Assembly (NCBI GenBank): GCA_040954595.2
Contig: CM082593.2
Coordinates: forward strand, 8,751,200-8,815,199
Reading direction: 5' to 3'
From: Balanoglossus misakiensis
Lineage: Eukaryota > Animalia > Hemichordata
DNA length: 64,000 nt
Shown: piece after piece, positions 62,001-64,000 of the stretch
Numbering within the stretch: position 1 is the stretch's first letter
How the letters are laid out: each line of letters starts with the position of its first letter
Program-made: the position numbers and the translations under genes
Notes under the pieces: model-generated
The model's input: the letters and a program-made list of their open reading frames with translations, nothing else
Told to the model about the DNA's origin: nothing
Databases searched by the model: none

Positions 62001-62323
62001 GTGATGTGTACAGTCAAACCTGTCTAAACCGAACCCTGTCTAATCTGGAAACCTGTCAATGCCAAACACCTTTGACATAGAATTACATGTTAAAAGAGCT
62101 TTTAAAAATTTCTTCTTTCCCTTTGGTGTTTGGTTTAGACAGGTTTTACTGTATCACCTTTAATGTCGTTATATCAATTAATGAAAATCATTTCACAGTC
62201 AGCAAAGTTCATGATATTTTCTTAAATCTTTCAGATATATTTACTGCGTGACGATCAGAGAGTGAAGGTCATAACAATGGATGTAACAGAGAACGTTGTT
62301 TTATGGGTGGATGATTTCATGGA
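22110..62323 (+). CDS. CDH23: Cadherin-23-like gene (31 coding exons in window; signal peptide + 14 EC repeats + start of membrane-adjacent domain; 3' end outside window)
   Basis: Spliced ORF stays open across 31 GT-AG exons with matching phases. Cadherin motifs (DxD, LDRE/LDYE, DxNDNxPxF) repeat 14 times. CDH23-family motifs recalled from memory: DVQD..P.F.LPY (EC2/3), YYFIIAGNEE, YTAGVSTD, IYLLRDDQRVK. Confidence 0.9.
23200..23310 (+). CDS. CDH23: Coding exon 2 (signal end, EC1 start)
   Basis: ttgcag|; VSLGQANLPPSF...NENLEVG; |gtaagt. Confidence 0.88.
23925..24070 (+). CDS. CDH23: Coding exon 3 (EC1)
   Basis: tttgcag|; SVIYTLEASDPENDPITF...KELDYE; |gtatga. Confidence 0.92.
25002..26207. 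mobile_element. 1.2-kb non-autonomous TIR transposon
   Basis: TIR AAGGCGGTGTGTGTCAC / GTGACACTCACCACCTT; perfect flanking duplication CATATAGTC (24993-25001, 26208-26216); CpG-rich interior without a long ORF. Confidence 0.7.
26235..26420. mobile_element. MITE family H
   Basis: TACTGTAAAAC...GTTTTACAGTA. Confidence 0.7.
26504..26557 (+). CDS. CDH23: Coding exon 4 (EC1)
   Basis: Pyrimidine tract + gacag|; TDTSHDITWTLNDGENVD; |gtaagt; phase 0-0. Confidence 0.8.
26934..27023 (+). CDS. CDH23: Coding exon 5 (EC1/EC2 linker)
   Basis: ggcag|; VDVQIAVYVTDVNDNAPQFVGAPYIGYVDE; |gtagga. Confidence 0.92.
27110..27755. mobile_element. Hairpin element family G, head-to-head arrangement
   Basis: Hairpin 27165-27310 plus an inverted duplication of 27320-27500 at 27550-27750; related sequence at 40052-40780 and 62385-62465. 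Confidence 0.6.
28046..28129 (+). CDS. CDH23: Coding exon 6 (EC2)
   Basis: aacag|; DAEIGHTVLTVAAKDADSSNNGRFDFTM; |gtaagt. Confidence 0.9.
28199..28488 (+). mobile_element. Kolobok-like MITE
   Basis: TTAA-AG...CT-TTAA with imperfect TIR; second copy at 42328-42663. Confidence 0.65.
29346..29468 (+). CDS. CDH23: Coding exon 7 (EC2)
   Basis: cacag|; EDHEVF...LDFESLRVYQVEIMVI; |gtaagt. Confidence 0.9.
29658..30015 (+). mobile_element. Kolobok-like MITE family B (full)
   Basis: TTAA AGCCCCTACAGCTGCCA...TGGCAGCTCTAGCGGCC TTAA. Confidence 0.7.
30404..30476. repeat. 24-bp minisatellite x3
   Basis: TAATTGGTGCAATGTGATTGGTTC repeated three times. Confidence 0.85.
30531..32376 (+). mobile_element. 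Helentron-associated (HINE/DINE-1/Tsp-like) element with internal tandem array
   Basis: 5' GGTCCCAT...ATGGGACC stem, (TGTA/TGGA)n microsatellite, central tandem repeats, 3' ATGGGACC sub-terminal repeat and short hairpin AGTGTC-CTT-GACGCT; inserted in a T-run. Confidence 0.75.
31065..32225. repeat. 239-bp tandem repeat, ~4.8 copies
   Basis: GGTCACCTGTGACACC recurs at 31321, 31560, 31799, 32038. Confidence 0.92.
32626..32754 (+). CDS. CDH23: Coding exon 8 (EC2/EC3)
   Basis: tctag|; DRGTYPSSLNSTADAFVNVNDVQDTTPYFLYLPYYDEVDENEV; |gtaagt. Confidence 0.92.
32787..33306 (+). mobile_element. Tigger-like MITE family D interrupted by family A
   Basis: CAGTAAAACTTGTCT...AGACAGGTTTGACTGTA; host sequence resumes after the insert. 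Confidence 0.7.
32862..33221. mobile_element. Kolobok-like palindromic MITE family A
   Basis: TTAAAGGGAC...GTCCCTCTAA; near-full-length palindrome. Confidence 0.8.
33598..33673 (+). CDS. CDH23: Coding exon 9 (EC3)
   Basis: ttgtag|; NATVMTVAALDGDRGIPNTVEFYIL; G|gtaagt. Confidence 0.9.
34199..34308 (+). CDS. CDH23: Coding exon 10 (EC3)
   Basis: ctgcag|; DNTQFRVE...ALDREEQSLITFTLW; |gtaaga. Confidence 0.9.
34358..34913. mobile_element. TAG...CTA element with internal 126-bp tandem duplication
   Basis: Ends TAGACTC.../...AAGACTA; 34556-34681 repeated at 34682-34808; flanked by a ~50-bp duplication. Confidence 0.55.
36290..36484 (+). CDS. CDH23: Coding exon 11 (EC3/EC4)
   Basis: tttcag|; VRERD...KDINDESPQF...MVIIDDDL; |gtaagt. 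Confidence 0.9.
36615..37334 (+). mobile_element. Kolobok-like element family C (~720 bp)
   Basis: TTAA GGTGGCATTGCATGAAA...TTTCATGCAATGCCACC TTAA; highly similar copy at 58194-58935. Confidence 0.85.
37809..38108. mobile_element. MITE with TIR TTCAGACTAGAAT
   Basis: TTCAGACTAGAAT...ATTCTAGTCTGAA; related inverted fragment at ~28775-28930. Confidence 0.5.
38301..38462 (+). CDS. CDH23: Coding exon 12 (EC4)
   Basis: ttgcag|; GDGGTFSL...FYVSPDEG...IRVKNSTYLDYEKRSRFDFQ; |gtcagt. Confidence 0.92.
39249..39413 (+). CDS. CDH23: Coding exon 13 (EC4/EC5)
   Basis: cccag|; VLAEE...TDMNDHSPVF...VVQLN; |gtaagt. Confidence 0.92.
39696..39763 (+). CDS. CDH23: Coding exon 14 (EC5)
   Basis: cccag|; ATDADSGTFGEVQYSLEGGSWE; TT|gtgagt, phase 2. 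Confidence 0.9.
40052..40780 (+). mobile_element. Family G element interrupted by a Crypton-like hairpin element (40248-40561)
   Basis: Colinear with 27165-27545 on both sides of a 314-bp insert that has a ~145-bp hairpin. Confidence 0.65.
40846..41083 (+). CDS. CDH23: Coding exon 15 (EC5/EC6)
   Basis: cacag|; FHVDPVDG...LDRET...DINDKAPEF...IVTVE; |gtaagt. Confidence 0.93.
41393..41746. mobile_element. MITE family A nested in family B (41304-41920)
   Basis: caccaTTAA-[element]-TTAAgcca versus the empty site caccaTTAAgcca at ~29741. Confidence 0.85.
42020..42262 (+). CDS. CDH23: Coding exon 16 (EC6)
   Basis: cacag|; AADADEESTPN...PLDFD...AEDHGVPPLNDTTTVIVNVE; |gtaagc. Confidence 0.92.
42328..42663 (+). 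mobile_element. Kolobok-like MITE (same family as 28199-28488)
   Basis: TTAA ends; shared interior. Confidence 0.65.
42906..42981 (+). CDS. CDH23: Coding exon 17 (EC6/EC7 linker)
   Basis: gacag|; GVNDNTPYFLETEYVAYISEEYTGG; G|gtaaga; supplies the needed phase 0 to 1 change. Confidence 0.88.
43279..43623 (+). CDS. CDH23: Coding exon 18 (EC7/EC8)
   Basis: accag|; DYVITVHAYDDD...SDRGNPQL...DVNNKPPAF...VRE; G|gtaagt. Confidence 0.92.
44446..44715 (+). CDS. CDH23: Coding exon 19 (EC8)
   Basis: tatag|; DVSVGHLVASMTATDPD...MDRETVE...QSDT; G|gtaggc. Confidence 0.92.
45281..45622. mobile_element. MITE family A
   Basis: TTAAAGGGACAAAGTC...GACTTTGTCCCTTTAA. Confidence 0.85.
45896..46129 (+). CDS. CDH23: Coding exon 20 (EC8/EC9)
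   Basis: cacag|; AELEVRVDDVNDESPKF...AVDGDKGANG...INSLT; G|gtaagt. Confidence 0.92.
46176..46413. mobile_element. Kolobok-like MITE
   Basis: TTAAAGGGAAGTGGTCGT...ACGACCGCTTCCCTTTAA; related copies at 56966-57212 and ~860-922. Confidence 0.7.
46848..47071. repeat. (GAT)n microsatellite, ~75 units with GGT/AAT/GAC variants
   Basis: Seen directly; ends 22 nt upstream of the exon 21 acceptor. Confidence 0.97.
47094..47407 (+). CDS. CDH23: Coding exon 21 (EC9/EC10)
   Basis: atcag|; GDITLKSAVDRE...DINDKSPVY...FAINKTT; |gtgagt. Confidence 0.93.
47662..48261. mobile_element. Kolobok-like 600-bp element
   Basis: TTAA AGCCTCAGTATTTCTCGT...ACGAGAAATACTGGGGCT TTAA. Confidence 0.75.
48785..48898 (+). 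CDS. CDH23: Coding exon 22 (EC10)
   Basis: ctatag|; GVVTIALELNREETAAYTLTITATDNPGGSTQLQTSSD; |gtaagt. Confidence 0.9.
49163..49522. mobile_element. MITE family A
   Basis: TTAAAGGGA...GTCTCTTTAA palindrome. Confidence 0.8.
49684..49864 (+). CDS. CDH23: Coding exon 23 (EC10/EC11)
   Basis: catag|; LDIRVLDVNNNPPEF...ADDPDLDEGG...RNDS; G|gtatgt. Confidence 0.92.
51114..51293. mobile_element. Harbinger-like MITE
   Basis: TIR GCGTTCTCACTG / CAGTGAGAACGC with internal CACCGGTG repeats. Confidence 0.5.
51332..51672. mobile_element. MITE family A
   Basis: TTAATGGGACAAAGT...ACTTTGTCCCTTTAA. Confidence 0.8.
51765..52039 (+). CDS. CDH23: Coding exon 24 (EC11/EC12)
   Basis: ctcag|; GLFGITTD...ASDGGTPPL...DVNDNPPVF...SLPE; |gtaaag. 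Confidence 0.92.
52364..52594. mobile_element. GC-rich fold-back MITE with 8-bp TSD (hAT- or Academ-like)
   Basis: TAGACTGTCGACAGTCCCTCGCGCCTAA TIR; perfect CGCGGAAA on both flanks. Confidence 0.85.
53280..53471 (+). CDS. CDH23: Coding exon 25 (EC12)
   Basis: gtcag|; NYTGPVCIVHASDVDLGINGEV...TDREVIPTYS; |gtaagt. Confidence 0.92.
53559..53909. mobile_element. MITE family A
   Basis: TTAAATGGACAAAGTC...GACTTTGTCCCTTTAA. Confidence 0.8.
54902..55068. mobile_element. piggyBac-like MITE
   Basis: TTAA CCCCTTGAC...GTCAAGGGG TTAA. Confidence 0.65.
55763..55876 (+). CDS. CDH23: Coding exon 26 (EC12/EC13)
   Basis: ttgcag|; LIIVATDQGDPNPL...EDEDDNNPEFPRDE; |gtaggt. Confidence 0.92.
55918..56318. mobile_element. 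MITE family H (longer variant)
   Basis: TACTGTAAAAC...GTTTTACA; arms match 8657-8856. Confidence 0.65.
56803..56935 (+). CDS. CDH23: Coding exon 27 (EC13)
   Basis: tttcag|; NEMPIPDILEPKEEQ...IGTVREADDKDTEENSKNYYFII; G|gtatgt. Confidence 0.9.
56966..57212. mobile_element. Kolobok-like MITE (family of 46176-46413)
   Basis: TTAA ends with TIR; inverted relative to the 46176 copy. Confidence 0.65.
57524..57796 (+). CDS. CDH23: Coding exon 28 (EC13/EC14)
   Basis: tttcag|; AGNEEGIF...LDRE...EDINDNSPVFKKILYTA; G|gttagt. Confidence 0.93.
58194..58935 (+). mobile_element. Family C element nested in family D MITE (~58113-59012)
   Basis: Same TIRs and interior as 36615-37334. Confidence 0.85.
59190..59312 (+). 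CDS. CDH23: Coding exon 29 (EC14)
   Basis: ctctag|; GVSTDTEYGASVTTVEATDADEGNNAVVRYAMIELVCRLDG; G|gtaagt. Confidence 0.9.
60631..60809 (+). CDS. CDH23: Coding exon 30 (EC14)
   Basis: ttcacag|; DKNPTSC...DGIVYTN...GYFDLIANASD...ETEIS; |gtgagt. Confidence 0.9.
60925..61070. repeat. 25-bp minisatellite x~5 with one inverted unit
   Basis: TACATCCTTAGCAACCACATTGAC(C/T) tandem; reverse-complement unit at 60925-60947. Confidence 0.85.
61540..61825. mobile_element. Fold-back MITE with TTAGGG/CCCTAA repeats in its arms
   Basis: GGATCTTCTGAATTGAACTGCC...GGCAGTTCAGTTCAAAAGATCC long imperfect TIR. Confidence 0.7.
62009..62153 (-). mobile_element. Tigger-like MITE family D (uninterrupted)
   Basis: TACAGTCAAACCTGTCTAAAC...GTTTAGACAGGTTTTACTGTA. 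Confidence 0.7.
62235..62323 (+). CDS. CDH23: Coding exon 31 (start of membrane-adjacent domain)
   Basis: tttcag|; IYLLRDDQRVKVITMDVTENVVLWVDDFM; GA|gtaagt. Confidence 0.9.
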
Positions 62324-62649
62324 GTAAGTAATCTCAAATGTTCTGCATGGTTGGTTATCCGCAATCTGAGTATTGTGTATATTAGAATCACTCTTTCCCA
62401 AGGACCTGGGATCATATTTCTCGCACAAGTAGGGGATTTTTTTGTCCCACACGAGCCACATGAGAAACTCAAATGTACTGTAAGACTTGTGCAACAGTCA
62501 AAGAAATCCAACAGTCCAACCTATAGCATCACAAGGTAATACATGTAATAATAATATCTCAGCTCCATTGGTTACCAGTTCGTCTCAGGATTGACTACAA
62601 AATTTTGTTGATAACTTTCAAAGTTATCCATAACTAGACTCCAGCTTAC

Positions 62650-62962
62650 AACAGTGATCTACTGCAGCCATACACTCCCACTCGTACACTGCGTTCATCC
62701 ACCAAGAAACTCTTAACATGTACAACTTTCAAAAACAAGACCTATGGCGACCGTGCCTTCTCTTATGCTGCCCCTAAACTGTGGAACGCACTACCTCTTG
62801 ACATCAGGCAATCTACAAACCTGGAGACTTTCAAAAGAAAACTTAAAACTCAAATGTTCGAAAGAGCATACAGTGTGGTTTAACCATGAGCGTCATTGGG
62901 CAACATTACTTGTTTTGGATTTTGGCGCTATATAAACTTTTGTTGATTGATTGATTGATTGA
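62650..62962 (+). mobile_element. 3' end of an L2/CR1-group LINE (5'-truncated)
   Basis: Translates as PYTPTRTLRS...YGDRAFSYAAPKLWNALPLDIRQSTNLETFKRKLKTQMF (typical L2 ORF2 C-terminus), followed by a short 3'UTR and (TTGA)n tail. Confidence 0.85.
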
Positions 62963-63057
62963 ATATCTGACATTGTTCTGGTACTGTCATTTTTTTGTTT
63001 ATACACATCATTCCCGTGTTGGTACTATCATGCATTGTTCCTTAGGTTATCATTATA

Positions 63058-63170
63058 CAGGGTTCGTACGCTCCTGGAAACTCCTGGAATCTCCTGGAAT
63101 TTGAAACCCCTCCTGGAAACTCCTGAAATCTCCTGGAAATTCAAAATTTCTCCTTGAAACTCCTGGAAAA
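63058..63170 (+). mobile_element. hAT-like terminus with 10-bp CTCCTGGAAA subterminal repeats
   Basis: CAGGGTTCGTAC followed by ~8 CTCCTGGAA(A/T) units. Confidence 0.55.
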
Positions 63171-63340
63171 CCGCGAGTCACGATCGCATTTCACCGGATC
63201 GTGAAACAGTACGCGTTGCCCATTTCACTCGGCGCACCAGTTATCTTTAGACAGACGTCCTATAAATAGTATCATTGACATAGTAACGCACAAATTGCAA
63301 CAACTAACGCAGCTCAGCGTTCCGGTCGCAACAAAATATC

Positions 63341-63726
63341 TAGTCTAGAATCTATCCCTTCGTAGTCGCATTCACCCTACTACCGTCTAGGAACGCAGAA
63401 CCAAAATCTAGTAAGGCCATAAAATGGTAATTTGAATGTGAATAGTCTCCAACTGAGCAGTCTGACGTCAGAGAAGTCAATCACTTACGTTGACCTACTA
63501 CTGATTGGCCGTGAGGTGATGACGTTGAATGTTAATTATGTTTACAATGTAGCTCCGCCCCGAATGATACATAATCATGATCACGTGGTGACGCTTGACG
63601 TCAGATTGCTCAGTTAGAGACTATTCACATTCAAATTACCATTTTTATGGCCTTACTAGATTTTGGTTCTGCGTTCCTAGACGGTAGGAGGGTGAATGCG
63701 ACTACGAACGGATAGATTCTAGACTA
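63341..63726. mobile_element. Fold-back element with TAG...CTA ends and 9-bp TSD
   Basis: TIRs of at least ~110 bp with few mismatches; CAAAATATC duplicated at 63332-63340 and 63727-63735. Confidence 0.88.
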
Positions 63727-64000
63727 CAAAATATCTAAAACTTGACAAAAGATGTAGCAACTTTTGTTAGAGGTCATGCCATGTGTCCGCGCGTCTGCAG
63801 AATACTTGTACAGACGGCCGCGCCAGACACCCTGAGATCGAAGTTCAGGGCAATTAGTGATGTCAAAAAGAAGCAAAAAAGGCAGGCGTTTTTTGTGTTT
63901 TTTTTTCAGCAGCAAAACAGTAATTTCCATCATTAATTTGTCGATTTTATCAGGACAGAAATCATTGCTTTAGGGACTGTTCAGTTTTTACGGCCGAGGG

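Noticed and set aside
23200-62323. Alternative identity as Fat, Dachsous or clustered protocadherin
   Set aside because: Many small exons, 14 ECs, no EGF/LamG seen, and CDH23-type terminal motifs.

Overview
AT-rich eukaryotic (metazoan, probably marine invertebrate) genomic DNA; the species cannot be determined from the window. Most of it is one + strand multi-exon gene for a cadherin-23-like protein. I threaded 31 phase-consistent GT-AG coding exons (22110-62323; 4979 nt, about 1659 codons) encoding a signal peptide, 14 cadherin (EC) repeats and the start of the membrane-adjacent domain (IYLLRDDQRVK). The transmembrane and cytoplasmic exons lie beyond the window. A probable 5'UTR exon/promoter sits at about 3000-3999, followed by an 18 kb first intron. 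Introns are filled with non-autonomous DNA transposons: TTAA-flanked Kolobok-like and piggyBac-like MITEs, TA-flanked Tc1/mariner-like MITEs, TAG...CTA fold-backs and Crypton-like hairpin elements. There is also a Helentron-associated element carrying a 239-bp tandem array, an L2 LINE 3' end and a long (GAT)n tract. No transposase, RNA gene or CRISPR array was seen. The most notable observations are an in-frame exon whose splicing regenerates the upstream 5' splice site, a duplicated donor, a spliced uORF, a TTAA hotspot inside one MITE family, abnormally long target duplications and a Sox-Oct/RFX promoter signature. All coordinates were read by eye; exon edges are checked by reading frame, while repeat edges are approximate.
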